Notes under the pieces: generated by a model
Database searches by the model: none
Seen by the model: the letters and a program-made list of their open reading frames with translations, nothing else
Told to the model about the DNA's origin: nothing
Position numbers and translations under genes: made by a program
Part shown: positions 12,330 to 25,458 of the stretch, one piece after another
Position numbering within the stretch: the stretch's first letter is position 1
How the letters are laid out: each line of letters opens with the position of its first letter
Assembly: GCF_001194135.2 (NCBI RefSeq)
Contig: NC_068989.1
Coordinates: 8,407,949-8,471,948 of the forward strand
From: Octopus bimaculoides
Taxonomy: Eukaryota
Length of the DNA: 64,000 nucleotides
Reading direction: 5' to 3'

Positions 12330-14655
12330 GATTAAACAGTCACATACAGAATCTGAAACATAAAAATATCAATTAATAAAAAGTATAAACCTTTACAAAT
12401 TAGAATAAACATAGAACGCTGTTTTATGGCGCGTATGTTTACTTCTGTCACGTCTATGTTGTTATAGTTGAAATGACTGGGACAAAACACGAATTTGAAT
12501 GTTTTTAAAATATTAGAGAACCAGCAGCTCAAATTTGAAATCCTTGCTTAATATTATAAAAAGTTACCTGGGGCAACATGTTTGTATAAATGACTTGTAA
12601 ATAAATATTCCAGTCCCAAATGCTCTATGCCTACGAAAACACATTTGTTAATGGTCATCTAGACATTTAGCCTTAACTTTCGGATAATACAAGCTCATTT
12701 ATACATCCTTTTTCTGACACATAACAGATAAGATTATATCACGACATTTATCCATTTAAATGATACTTCTAATGACGACAAAGGCATTCGAAACGATAGC
12801 TAACTGCCTGGTTCATAGACTTAGAATACGAGGAAAACGAACCATCGAAGTAGAGACGCACAGATGCGTTATTTACAATCTGAACGGTGATTGTACTTTT
12901 ATTTGAAATCCGATAAGAGCATGCTCACTGAGTTCATTTGATAAACGACTGCCCTAGACGGTTTTTACTACTTAATTCATAATTACAGACACACGCCGCA
13001 CGCGCTCACATATGTATGTGCTCACATGTTTCTTTGTAGCTATGTATGAATGCGACTATATTTTAGTACGCTCACTCTATGATATAGATGCGTGTATACA
13101 TATAGAAGTTAGCTAAAAAAAAATGTGAAGAATATTAGATATTCTCCCATTCTCTTTATAATTTAATATCTAGAGACTAAAATTACGCATAATTTCTTTC
13201 CTCTCTAGGGACACCCCTGATTCATATTTGTATTAATTCTTTCCTATAGCTTTTATTTATTTGTCTTTTGATTTCTATTTTGATTTTCTGAGACACAGTT
13301 CTCCAGAAATATTGAGAGTTATCGAAAATTGGAACGATTACATTTAAATCTAAAATGAGAAAATCCCAATAACAAATCAATATTAACCATACATTTGCAT
13401 TTATGGCACAGTATGACGGTCTTTCATAGTTATCTATGTGGTTTATTATATTTGGCGAATTCACTGCAGCCTAGTGTTTTCGATTTATTGACCGACTAAT
13501 CATTCATAAACAACGCTTTTCTGCTTTCTGAGGAGAAACGAAAATTTAGTTTAACATTCCTCAGACAATTTGCATATTCAATGACGATGCGTACCTGGAT
13601 TTCATTTCAGTAATTTCTTCCTTTTCATCTATTTTTAACTTATAATATTTGACTTCCTTCATTTTGTACTAAACGCTTTAGGCAATGTTGCATCTTTCTG
13701 GCACATTTTTCTTACGTTTATTTCTCTTTCAATAAAATTATCTAAACGATTTCATATCAAAACTGTAAAAACATTGACACCACTTACATAATTACATTAC
13801 CAATGTCTTGAATGATAGTCTCAACCAAGTCTATGAATTCCATCCTTTAGAATAGCAAGAAAAGAAGAATCTACACATGCATTTACCTCCTGCGAATCTT
13901 ATATGTCTAGTAAATAAATTTTGTTGTTGAAAATATTTTGCGACTGACAAACATGAAAATCTGCCAAGCGAAACATTACTCCGATACTTTCTGATTTACG
14001 GAAACGATACATCAATTACATACCCGTATGTTGACTAATAGCCGACAACATAGATTCTTCTCGGAAGGAAGTTGCGATGGCCTTTTGAATTTAGATGTTT
14101 TTAAAAGGAAATTTGTGATACTTTGTTTTATTCTATTCACGACTTAAAATAACTTATTTCATTTCATTTATCGATATGTCAGTGTTTATATATAAGTTGT
14201 CATTTGCTGTCTCTGGTTTCTCTTTGTTCATTGTTTGTACACACATACACGCACATATAATATAAAATGTATAAACATGATGAGTAAAGCACCGGCACAG
14301 TATCGATTACCTGTTGTTATTCGTAGATTTATTGCAGGAACTTCGTAGTGGTGGTTGGGGTAATAGTATTAGTAAAATAGGAGATAGAATGTGCAATAGA
14401 TTTTATTGGGTACAACAGATGTTTCGACCTGTTCTACGTTTCTCCAGGTACATCAATAAAGAGTCTCTTTCTTGAGTCGGCTTGCGTCAAATTCGAGAAT
14501 GAGTAAAATCAGAGAAAAATTATTGAAACATAAAAAAATTCAAATATGAACGTGGAAATTATACATTCTAGTTTAGAGAAAATGACTTAATGAGGTTTCA
14601 CTGTTGTTACTGTGAAGAGAAAGAAAAGGATGTAGAAGTTGAAAGGAAGATAATA

Positions 14656-14882
14656 TTGGGTTGTACGGAAAGTTCGTACCGATCTATAGTAGCTTACCTT
14701 TCGACTTATTTGCCATGAAAACACCTCACTTCTGGAAGAGGGTATTTTCAAGTTAAAGGAAAGATGGAAACGCATTGTGCCACAAAATGATTCATATTTG
14801 GTTGATTAAAAATGTAATGGCAAGTATTTATTGACCTTTTTCTTTCCTTTAAAAATCGGCACGAACTTTCCGCACAACTCAA
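14656..14882 (+). mobile_element. Internally deleted mariner (MITE-like, 227 bp)
   Basis: TA-flanked (14654-55, 14883-84) approx. 28-bp terminal inverted repeats (TIRs) ttgggttgtacggaaagttcgtaccgat / atcggcacgaactttccgcacaactcaa; retains the transposase C-terminus GIFKLKERWKRIVPQNDSYLVD* (14741-14809). Confidence 0.9.
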
Positions 14883-15212
14883 TACTTCCTACATGGTTTA
14901 GTGTATTCCAGAACGATTCTAGATTCTCATGGATGCACAGCCGAAGCGAACAAGATCACACAACAAGCGCGACTGTTGCTGTTCGATTCCACTCCAATAA
15001 TTATCGGTAGTGCGTACACCAATACTTGGAGCTAGTTGGAGTTTTGATGTTACAACCATTTATGAATGCATATATTTCTTTTATTAGCTTGAATCGAGTG
15101 GTAGCGATAGTGTTTCTAGGATGTTGTGTATATGTGCAGGTACTTAGGTTTGCTTTTATGCAGTAACACGAGAAGTCAGCATTAAATCTCGCTGTTCATT
15201 TTATTCTCGCAG

Positions 15213-15274
15213 GATGTTTATCATTTCAGTTATTTTACTTTCGTTGACGAAGTGGTATTTAAATGTAGACAATA
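15213..15274 (+). CDS. Candidate signal-peptide exon of an unknown secreted or membrane protein (MFIISVILLSLTKWYLNVDN)
   Basis: Strong acceptor tgttcattttattctcgcag, ATG at 15214, hydrophobic FIISVILLSL, consensus donor GTGAGT at 15275, phase-1 intron. Confidence 0.4.
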
Positions 15275-16458
15275 GTGAGTAGTGTTGTGAACTAAATGGT
15301 GTACGTTGGTGTCTATTTAAATTTGCCGCGATGAGCTTAGGGGCTCGCCATATATTGCTTGTATACCTTTATGTTTGGTTTTCATTTATCCAAATGAAAC
15401 ATACTGAAACTTCTTCGGCAGATGAAGATCTCTTATGTTTACAGTGGATGGACATATATACACGAGACCATGGTTGATGTTTGCTTTATGTTATTGCTTG
15501 ATTTAAAAAAGAATCTGCTAAACTGTAAAAGTGTTCCCAATAAAAGAGAATTCTATTGACATATTAAGGAACTTTGAGGCAATTGTAAAATTTGTTAGTT
15601 TCCAACGATGAAAGATCTGTTAGGGTTAACAATACTTTGGCCACTTACAGATACACACGCATGCATACATATGCATATACATATATGAACACACATATAT
15701 ACACTCATACGTACATAAATATACATACGTATATATATATATTTATTTATTATGATTATTTGTTTATATAATTGTATGTTTATGAGGCAATAGGTTAATG
15801 TGTTTATCTCTTTATGAGCGTAAGTATGTTTAATGTTTTTACAAATGCTGTCCCTATATACTCGTTCTTACTAGTGAGTTCCAAATTTGTTATGAGCATC
15901 TATTAAATAAATCATCTCTCTTTTGCCTTTTATGGTCGCTAATCTGAAGCTTAAAGAGATAAACATTTACATTTTTCCAAATCAATCTCTTTGTTGGACT
16001 TGGCAACAGCTGCAGGATGCGTCTCTCCATTTTTCGCTTCTAACCCTCCACATCCAAAACTATCTCTGTATCCTTTTGGCTCGTTCTGTTTCTTCTCACC
16101 ACTTTTTCTCTTTCTTCTTTCTTTCATTCTCGCTAGTCGATGAATGAAACGTCTATTGGTCTATTATCTCGCCAGCCATATATTTTGATTTCAAAGCTAA
16201 TGCCATTGTTCCTGTATATTCCAAAGTTTTCGACTCGCAGGAAATATGACACAGTTTCCAACCCTGCTTTAGCAACTTTATTGTATTTAGCGATCATACA
16301 AAAAAAAAAACGGTAATTATAGTTAATGACAAAATGTATTCAATTACTAAATTCTTTAAAAAAATCTCTCGAAACTTTACGTGATAACGTCATTCCATCC
16401 ATCATACAGAAGTATTTTGAAATATTGTATATATTTACAATACAATAAAAAGTAAAAT

Positions 16459-16719
16459 AAATAAATAAATAAATGCGCACTTTTAAAGCCTAGCCAGGCT
16501 CATGGGCCCGGTTTCCTGGTTTCAATGGCGTATGTGTTCCCCAGCTGAACAGGACGCCAGTCCATCGCAGCGTTACTCATTTCTGGCAGCTGAGTGGACT
16601 GGAGCAACGTGAAGTGAAGTGTTTTTTCTCAACACAACGCGTCGCCCGGTCCAGGATTCGAAACCATAATCTTACAGTCATGGTGCTGACACCCTAAACA
16701 CTAGGCTACGCACCTACAC
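16459..16719 (-). mobile_element. Full-length tRNA/CORE-type SINE (family B) with (TTTA)n tail
   Basis: Minus strand: A-box tagcctagtgtttagg, B-box ggtttcgaatcc, ttgctccagtccactcagctg core, gcgatggactggcgtcctgttcag block, ttta tail; 17-bp TSD with 2 mismatches (16442-16458 acaataaaaagtaaaat / 16720-16736 acaataagaagtaacat). Confidence 0.8.
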
Positions 16720-17019
16720 ACAATAAGAAGTAACATTCTGTAATTTGAGTTTCGAATCCACATTAGATGTGTTTAATTTTTATAATTATAGGATGATTTT
16801 TAATAAAGGTCCCCAATGATGCTGATGCCCAATCAACATATAGCCACAAATTATATAAGCGTAATACATTCCATGTTAAATAGAAACGAACTTCCCAGAT
16901 CACACAGAGAAATGTTTAAGTTTCATCCGTTTCAGATGTTTCTTTTCCGATAATAATTTTGAGTCCCCCAGATTATACATAAACGAAATATCATTGGTTA
17001 ATATTCCTGACCTGAATTG

Positions 17020-17408
17020 GGCGGCGAACTGGCAGAATCATGATGGATGAATTGCTTAGCGGCAATTCATCCATCATTACGTTCTGAGTTCAAATTCCGT
17101 CGGGGTCGACTTTGCTTTTCACTCTCTCAGAGTTGATAAAATAAGTACCAGTTGAGCACTGGGGGTCGATGGAATCTTCTTTTCTCTTCCCTCGCACTTG
17201 CTGGTTTTGTGATAAAATTTAAAGCCAATATTATTGATCTGAGTAGGACAGCGAGCAGGCACAATCGTTAGCACGCCGAGCTAAATGCTTGGCGGCATTT
17301 TGTCCGTCTCTACGGTACCGAGCTGAAATTTCGTCGAAATCGGCTTTGCCTTTCCTCCTTTCGGGGTCGACTAGCACTGGCACAAAGCTAGCAATTTGAA
17401 ATCAATGT
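17020..17408 (+). mobile_element. Tandem pair of SINE family M (17020-17235 and 17248-17408)
   Basis: ggcggcgaactggcagaatc...gttctgagttcaaattccgtcggggtcgactttgc...gataaaataagtaccagttgagcactggggg, followed immediately by a second, internally deleted copy. Confidence 0.85.
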
Positions 17409-18584
17409 TGCTGATCTGAGTATCAATTTCTTTTTGCTAGAAATATATAAAAAATATTGAGAAAATGAGAAAATGAATGAATGGGCATACTTTAAATATA
17501 TTGCATGCTGTAGTAGTAATCACCAGTTCCAACGACTTCCCGCCACTTACACAATTGATGGTCATTCAGAGATCTTTGACTATTTCGTGTTGTAAAGAAA
17601 ATAGATATTTATGTATAAAATAAAAAATGTTCAGTACAAAAAATGAACACTTATGGAGCCGAGCCTCTGATAGAATCTCTGCTTTTATAAAAAGCTATTC
17701 TTATTTCCTATAATTTTCATTCATCATCCTCTATCTAAGTTCCAGATGCCTAGGGATATATAAAGGATCCTCATAGATTTTTCGCTTGAACTGAGACAAA
17801 AAAGGTGCTTTGATTAGGTTCATTATGTTTCATATTAAAAATATAGGTTAATTATATTTGTTAGCATTTCAAATAAAATGTAAAACTCACTGAATAATTT
17901 CATTTCTTTAGATTTACTATTTGACCAAATGGCAAATTAGCGCTTAGATAACCGTATTACAATGACATTTTCGAGAAAAACAATTACACAATACATACAA
18001 CCCAATATAAACAATAACACTACTTATTTGGTGATTTGTCTCATTCAAACTTACGTGAAAGGCCGTTTTACTGTATAGACAAGATGAAGGTGTTTACAAT
18101 AGTGTAGATTTTGGAAAATTGAATCGGCTCCGCTAATGAGAAGAAAATTTATTCAATGAATCATTAAGAATCAAATATAACATAATTTAATTTGCATAAC
18201 TTCGTATCTCGGTTAATAAGTGTTCTGCTGCTAATGATTTCTAACAGAAGAACAGGTTGCATATGTAAGAAGAGGAGTGCGGCTGATTCTGTCGATCTGG
18301 GTTCAAGTGATATTATTGCCGCTGGATGGAGAAAAAATAAAAATCAATATCGGAATCATTGCAACACTTAGTGCATGAAGATAGGGCAAAATAAGGCCGT
18401 TTGCCCTCTCAGCCATTCACACTCCCACCTAATTTTTTGTTATTAATACAATTGACAAAGGAATGAAAATTACATAATCGCAATCCTTAGTCTTCAAAAC
18501 TATGGCACGCTATTTAGCTTGTGTAGAAAAAATAAGTCATAAATGATAGAAACAATTAAGTAAAATTTCCTCATCAGATGTACT

Positions 18585-18780
18585 GGTCAGGGCTTGTAGC
18601 CAGGTGGTAAGGTTGTTGTACGCAAATTTGTGGTTTTGATTCGTGGGGTGGCAGTGCATTATGTTCTTGAGCAAAAATAATCACTTCATATTGCCCCAGA
18701 TCACTCAACTGTAAATAAGTGACCCTGCAACTGACTGGTATCCCGTTTTGGGTAATGTTATGAGGCCGTCCGGTTGTTGA
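18585..18780 (+). mobile_element. Degenerate tRNA/CORE SINE (family B/C-like)
   Basis: gtagccaggtggtaagg head, atgttcttgagcaaaa, ccagatcactcaactgtaaataagt CORE-like block, ctgcaactgactggtatcccg. Confidence 0.55.
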
Positions 18781-18867
18781 TAATGATCGCTTTGCTTGTA
18801 CAGAAATATGATGCATATATAATAAAATCAATTAGGCTAGTTTTCTGAATCAAATCTATATTGGTCA

Positions 18868-19133
18868 GTTCTATATTTAAGAGATGTGGAATTATTTACA
18901 TAATTTACATTTGACGGATATTTGTCCTCATCTTTTTTGTTGTTAACACAACGTTTCGGCTGATATACCCCCCAGCCTTCATCAGGTGTCTTGGGGAAAT
19001 TTCGAACCTGGGTTCTCATTCTTAAGGTACTTTTCGATGTTGTTGTTCTTCTTCTTATTATTATTCAGGTCACTGCCTAGAATCGAACTCCGAATCTTTG
19101 GGTTAGTAGCCCGCGCTCTTAACCACTACGCTA
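18868..19133 (-). mobile_element. tRNA-headed SINE with internal hammerhead ribozyme and Penelope-like 3' terminus (family H)
   Basis: Minus strand: A-box TAGCGTAGTGG, B-box GGAGTTCGATT, a simple-repeat spacer, the hammerhead at 18945-18990, and a 3' end ...catctcttaaatatagaac with no poly(A). Perfect 12-bp TSD CTATATTGGTCA at 18856-18867 and 19131-19142. Confidence 0.85.
18945..18990 (-). ncRNA. Minimal type I hammerhead ribozyme motif (PLE pseudo-LTR type)
   Basis: GACAC-CUGAUGA-A-GGCUG(GGGGGUAUAU)CAGCC-GAAAC-GUU^GUGUU. Helix I GACAC/GUGUU, helix II GGCUG/CAGCC, palindromic ACGU helix III; predicted cleavage between 18950 and 18949. Departures from the canonical core: one extra A after A9, and a GUU triplet. 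Confidence 0.7.
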
Positions 19134-19805
19134 TATTGGTCAATAGACGAGGGAGCGTAGTGAGTCGATGACAGAGCGAAATGGTGCTGGTCGTTGAAAT
19201 AATGAGTATACACATATTTGACTACGTATTCATCTGTCTAGTTATTACTTTATTTTCCACGCACTTCTGTATCGTAAGTGAATACGGCACATAAGACACC
19301 TGTCTTTAAACTATAGATCAGCTAAAGATATATTTATAATGCTTGGTATTAGTAAAATCAAAGGCAAAAATAGATACAGAAGAATTGTATTCAAAACTGA
19401 AACTTGCACAAACGCCTGGGGTTGAATAACTATCTAATTATTCTAATTAAAGTTTAATACATCGGGTCAACTTCAATGTATGAAATTATCCACATAATTG
19501 GCAATAGACGTATTTCGTTAGTAATGAGAACACATCTGTGTCTCTGTAAAGTTTTTAACAGTCCTTACTGTACTTTCTCTACCTCTGTCTCACCCTTTCT
19601 TTCCCAAACGCTACACACATTCGCGCGCATACACACGCACACTCTCACACACTCACACATCTATATACATATATTCAGACATTTGTCTCTACTTGCATAT
19701 ACATGTGTATATTTATATAAAAGAATTGTCTATCTCACTGTCTGTCACTTTGTCGCTCTGACTGTCTGTCTGATACTGCCTACCTGTCTGTCTCTCTCTT
19801 TCTCA

Positions 19806-19918
<113 letters not shown>

Positions 19919-20096
19919 TAGACTGTCAGTTAGATTGATTGTTAGACAGACAGACAGATTGATTGATAGATAGAGAGATAGAGATGATGACGACGAACGG
20001 ACAAACACACAGTCACTCAGATAGACATACAGACAGATAAACAGATAGATACAAAGATTAGACAGACATAAAGACAGACAGCTCGAACGATCCATC

Positions 20097-20171
<75 letters not shown>
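20097..20171. repeat. (GATA)n microsatellite
   Basis: Directly visible perfect tetranucleotide tract; a similar tract lies at about 54270-54335. Confidence 0.95.
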
Positions 20172-20634
20172 CTTGCCTATTTATAACAGTAAATAAATAG
20201 CATGAAATGGAGACGGCTAATCAGTAAGATTGCAATTCATATTAAAGAAGACAGACGATGATATAAAGACATATAGAAAGTTATTTGAACACTAATCTTA
20301 ATAACACTAACTTCCCAGTACACTTTTAAACCTAAAGAATCTAAAAATCTAAAATCACCGATTAAATCTATATTAAAATATATAATTTATTTATAGTATA
20401 CAATATCTTTGCTGCTGGTTGCCTTTGATATTATGTGTTCTACCGTTGTTCTTATTTTTTGAACCTATATGTATATTCACGTTTTAAAATGTATATGCGT
20501 AGAACGATAAGCGTATGTAAAGAGACATTTTTTTTTGTCCATATATGAATATAAATGTTCTAAATCTTATGCATAAAAATACAAATACGCATACATACAT
20601 ATACGTCTATATATCTGCATTTATGTATATATAC

Positions 20635-20687
<53 letters not shown>

Positions 20688-23600
20688 TATGTCTATGTTT
20701 GTAAGTACAAATGCAATCTTACCGAAAAATAATAATGAACTCGAGTAATACACATAAGTGTTTTACAAATAATTGTTTCATGAATATTTCCTTAAATGTA
20801 TTTAAAATCAAAACATTCATATACATACATACACACACACATATATATATATATTTACAGAAAAAGGGAGAGAAAGCTATTTTATATATGCACACATGCA
20901 TAAGTATGCTTGTGTATATGTATACACATGCATGTCTATGTAGTTGTGCGTACTTGTATGCATAAAGATCGTATCTTCACTGAGTCTACATAAACAAAAT
21001 TTTAGTATTATTTCTATTTAAATATATCTTACGTTTATATAAATATATATATATATATATATCAAGGAGGTGCCGTCTGGGTAGGCAAGGTAGGCAGTGC
21101 CAACCCTGAATAAAATAGACTGGTAGTAAAATTTTCCTTTTATGACAAAATATGCACCTAATTCAATAAAATTATGACACTTACTCTGTGTACTATCCAC
21201 AAAATGCAAAGATTCTTATTACATACGGTTACCATTGAATACAATATGATACATTATACATGACACATCGTATAGGTTTACGGAGAAAGAAAATGGTGTA
21301 CGTTGTTAGAAATATAGTCCAACTCACGTTATCGGTTTTTAACCCTAGCTGAGTAGCGTAACCTAATGCTTTATAATTATTCAATCATTATGTAGAAACT
21401 CAGATACAACACGTAGTTTTTATTCCAGTTGGCTTTAACGTTAAATGTAAATTTAAGACACCAATTTATTCTTGAAAAAGTTCGGAAAGCTCCATTAATG
21501 CTGTTCCTATTACCACAATATGCAATTTAATTGCACGTTGCACACACACATGCATATATATATATACACTTATGCAGATACGTATATGTAAATTAAAACA
21601 TTAAGGTTCGATTACATACAAACCTACAAGCATATATATATATATATATGTATGTATGTATGAACGTTAACACGCACCTAACATTATTAAACACTACAAT
21701 TTTTGTTTATTTATGATAAATATCTTCAAGGAATATCTTTATCAGACACGTTTATCATCCATTTGTAGCCTTTTGTTCTTTGTTTTCGTTCTCACTACTT
21801 AATTTGTCTTTGTCGCTATTTATTTCGCGTTCACCATTTGCTAACCAGCCTGCTCATGCACATTAACCTTATTAAATATTTTGAAATAGGACAGAGACGT
21901 GACAAATAGAGAAGACATGATGGAGAACTGTTTAACTGGAACAGATAGGAGACATCGTAGTAAGACCTCGTAGTAAGATAAGAAAATGAGTTGGGAAGAA
22001 AAATATGTTAACAAAAATCATTTATGACAAACCTGACTCAAAAGAAAATACGTTTCATGTAAATATTGGGTGAAAAAAAAAACATTGGATAGAGAATATA
22101 GACCTTGTAATAAAGACTAGACATCTGTTGTTCTACCCTTGTAGCTAAGATTAGGTATCTGTTGTTGGCATGTATATATGCACCATACAACGGAACATCA
22201 CGTGTATGGAACTTATGCCTTGAAGAAACCTTGGAAATCATAACATCAAAGGAAGATGCGATACATAAATACTCTGAGGTGATCATATCATGTAAACATA
22301 AAATAAAACATCGCTATTGAAGATTGTGCGTGAGTGTTGATAATGGCGTCTGGTGTGGGTGCTGAAAAGTGTTCGGTGCTGGTGTGTTTGAAGTGGGGAG
22401 GTGTTCGTGGAGGGTGTAATGGTGTGTGAAGTGAGTAACGAGTTGATAGTTGTGTATGGGTGTTTGTATAGTGGTGTGTGAGGGGAGGGTACCGAGGTAG
22501 GCGGTATGCAGGTGTATAAGTGAAGGGGGGCAGTTGGATGTGGGATGTGTGTGGGATCCGTGTGGGGTTGGTGTCATATGAAGAGAGGTAGTGAGTTGAG
22601 TCCATATGACGCAAGTGCGTGTGTGTGTGTGTGTTTACTATCCGAAATATATATACTATCCGAAAAGTATAGTGTTAAATATCCATCACGGCTGATCCTA
22701 CTAATCGGTTTCGCGTAAAGAATACAATGGAGTGTTAGGTAACAATCCGATTATATAACCTTACGCTCATAAGAGTTAGCAGATATGGAAAGAAATATGG
22801 CGACTACTCTCCATTGTTGAAGGTGGATTAGCACAACCGGTCAGCGGCTGCTGTGAAAAAAAGGTGGTAGAAGCATGTATGTATGCATATATGTACAAAA
22901 CTGAATGAGTGTCCTGTACTTGTGGAGATAACTTTTAAGTCTAATTTGTTTCTATGCAAATATCCAAGTGAAGAATTTCTATCATTATGGAAAGTAAGAC
23001 AAAGGCCGTAAAGAATATGATAATTATGGTTATGAATCTGGTCACGAAAGCAAAGAAATCTAAAAAATACGGCATTCATGGCAAAAGTTATAAAAAATGT
23101 CATTTTAAACAAAACAGTTAAAATATAGCTCACTTTCCAAGGGAGTAAAAATTGTATTTTTATTTTAATTTATTTTCATTTATTTATTTATTTTGGATTG
23201 GTATTACAAAGGCAAAGCAGTCGTGTGTGCTATCATGCAATACCTTGTGATCTGAGATATTTGTAATTTCAGAACAGCTGCTGCAATATCGGTGACAGCA
23301 GCAGCGATACATGTAACACTAGAAAGTAAAAGCAACAACGGCAGTTGTACACGAAACAACAGATTGATTTAAATGGAAACACAGTAGATGACAAGAAAAT
23401 TATATAAATACAAATATAGAACATGTTCTATTTGATATATGGGGGAACGTTAAAAAATATGAAGAAATGTAAAGTTTAACTTTTTATGTTTGGGAATATT
23501 GTAAGGTCAAAAATTATGAAGAACCGCTGCTATTCGATTCCGTATGTTTATAAGAGTTATCATAGTAGCAGAGCTCAATTATTATCTTATTCATGTAACG

Positions 23601-24886
23601 AAAAAATAAATCAGGATATTTAACAGAACGGAAACAAAACGATGATATATACTGTAAGTTATGCCAAATTACAGATATACCATTTTATTGATACCTATTC
23701 TAGTTCCATTACCTTAAGACTTAAATGGTACTCAAAGAAATATATTGTAAATCAGTCACTTAGAGAAATCCAATTAACTTTCGATAGTCTAGAATATCAG
23801 GACAAGATAATGTAGTGTGATTAACAAAACTATAGGGACAAACTGCACAGAGTGTCAAGAACACCAAATATACATAACTTTTTATGAGAACCGCAGTGAT
23901 CTGAGAAGACAAGTGGCATTATAGTAAAAAGAAATAAATAAAACTTATGTTGGATTGTTTTAAGAAGTTTTATTACGTTAGAGATTGGGTGCCTGTTATG
24001 GTTAAGGGAAGGATATACACGAATATATTCCGCCTTCATTTGGCAAAATGACAAGAACAAAAATTGTTTTAATTTTCTTATTACTTAAAAATGTCTCCAG
24101 ACGTTATTTATAACTATTTTCAGGCTGATGAACTGACTGAATTTCCAGAACGAAGACGAGAGGTCTTCTATTTTCTGGAGTGATTTGATTTTTGGAATTC
24201 TGGTGAGGAAGGACAAAGATGTTCCCTGTGATATTTGAATTCAGAATAAAAGGAACCGGTGCAAATACGACAAGGCGTTTGGTCTAACGCTCTGTCAATT
24301 CCCCCGTTTTTGTTGCGATGTAATAACACTAGACGTATTCAGTTATTCAAAGGAGAATTTCGTGAGTTGCATGCATTGAGAACTGAGAAATACCAGATGT
24401 ATTGTAATGAAGTGCGGAACAGTAATTTTATTTGTATTCGAATCGTTAATAACCAAATAAGTTACACGCGAAATTTATACAGTAATATATCTAGCAATAT
24501 TAATGCATCTATCCCGATAAATATTCAAGTAAAAACAATTGTCTGGGCAGTTATAAACACTAGGGGAGTTTTCTATTGTGGCAGCTCATAATTCTAATGC
24601 TTCCTTTTTTATTGGGAAAGCATTAGTTCTATTAACCTAAAAGTTGTTATCAGATGTCAGTTGAAAATGTGGTAACGACAAGAGTAGACACGGTTGCTAC
24701 TAATTTTGTTATAAAAACTATATATAATTGCAGCATTATAGCATCATAACTTTAGCAACCAAGGAACTAATAGGTCATTATCAATTTAACACCAAGACAA
24801 ACGCATATGTTCGTGTATATGTTTATGTGCGTGTGTATGCATACGTATGTATGTATGTATGTGTATGTATATTACGTCTTTACCTC

Positions 24887-24924
<38 letters not shown>

Positions 24925-25166
24925 CACATACACAAACAGACGCACATGCACATATACATATATACATATATTCACACTTTTATACACTCATCTGTGTTTA
25001 AATATGTATAGACAATATGTATACATATATGTGTGTGTGTGTGTGTGAGAGTGAACATGCCTGTGTCTGTATGTGCGTCTAAATGAAGTAGATCCTTCAT
25101 CGGTTTCGACAATATGTAATACATAAATTATAAAGCGACTGACTGATTTGTCCATATAAATTTAAA

Positions 25167-25340
25167 CTGCTGACATGCTTCCGACGTATCACCGCGCACC
25201 TGTTCAGACGTTGTCAATTTGATAGAGAGAGCCAGCTAATGTGCGGCAAGAACTTTTGATCATCACAAACAAGCCATTTGTGCAGGTCGTTCCTCTAAAG
25301 CTGCATGCTCATAACGTCATCTTCGACGGGAGAGTCCATC
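25167..25340 (+). mobile_element. SINE family C, 3' part, followed by an (ATCT)n tract
   Basis: cacctgttcagacgttgtcaatttgatagagagagccagctaatgtg...tttgatcatcacaaacaa...gggagagtcc aligns by eye to 8800-8954. Confidence 0.55.
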
Positions 25341-25390
<50 letters not shown>

Positions 25391-25399
25391 ATATCTATA

Positions 25400-25458
<59 letters not shown>

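Noticed and set aside
19065-19133. tRNA-like sequences (also at 8655, 16640-16719, 55722)
   Set aside because: A/B boxes are present but there is no complete acceptor stem, and each continues into a SINE body; these are SINE heads, not tRNA genes.
22340-22630. G/T-rich tract with G runs and His/Thr/Pro-rich antisense ORFs
   Set aside because: Degenerate (GT)n low-complexity sequence; no regular telomeric or G4 unit.
22998-23063. DKGRKEYDNYGYES resembles the end of a DnaJ J-domain
   Set aside because: Bounded by stops, no HPD motif and no acceptor; likely chance.
24125-24131. CTGATGA as a hammerhead core (also on the minus strand at 62001-62016)
   Set aside because: No helix II followed by GAAA in a valid arrangement.
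24259-24591. 110-aa non-repetitive ORF
   Set aside because: GTG start, no motif, no convincing splice context; not distinguishable from chance.
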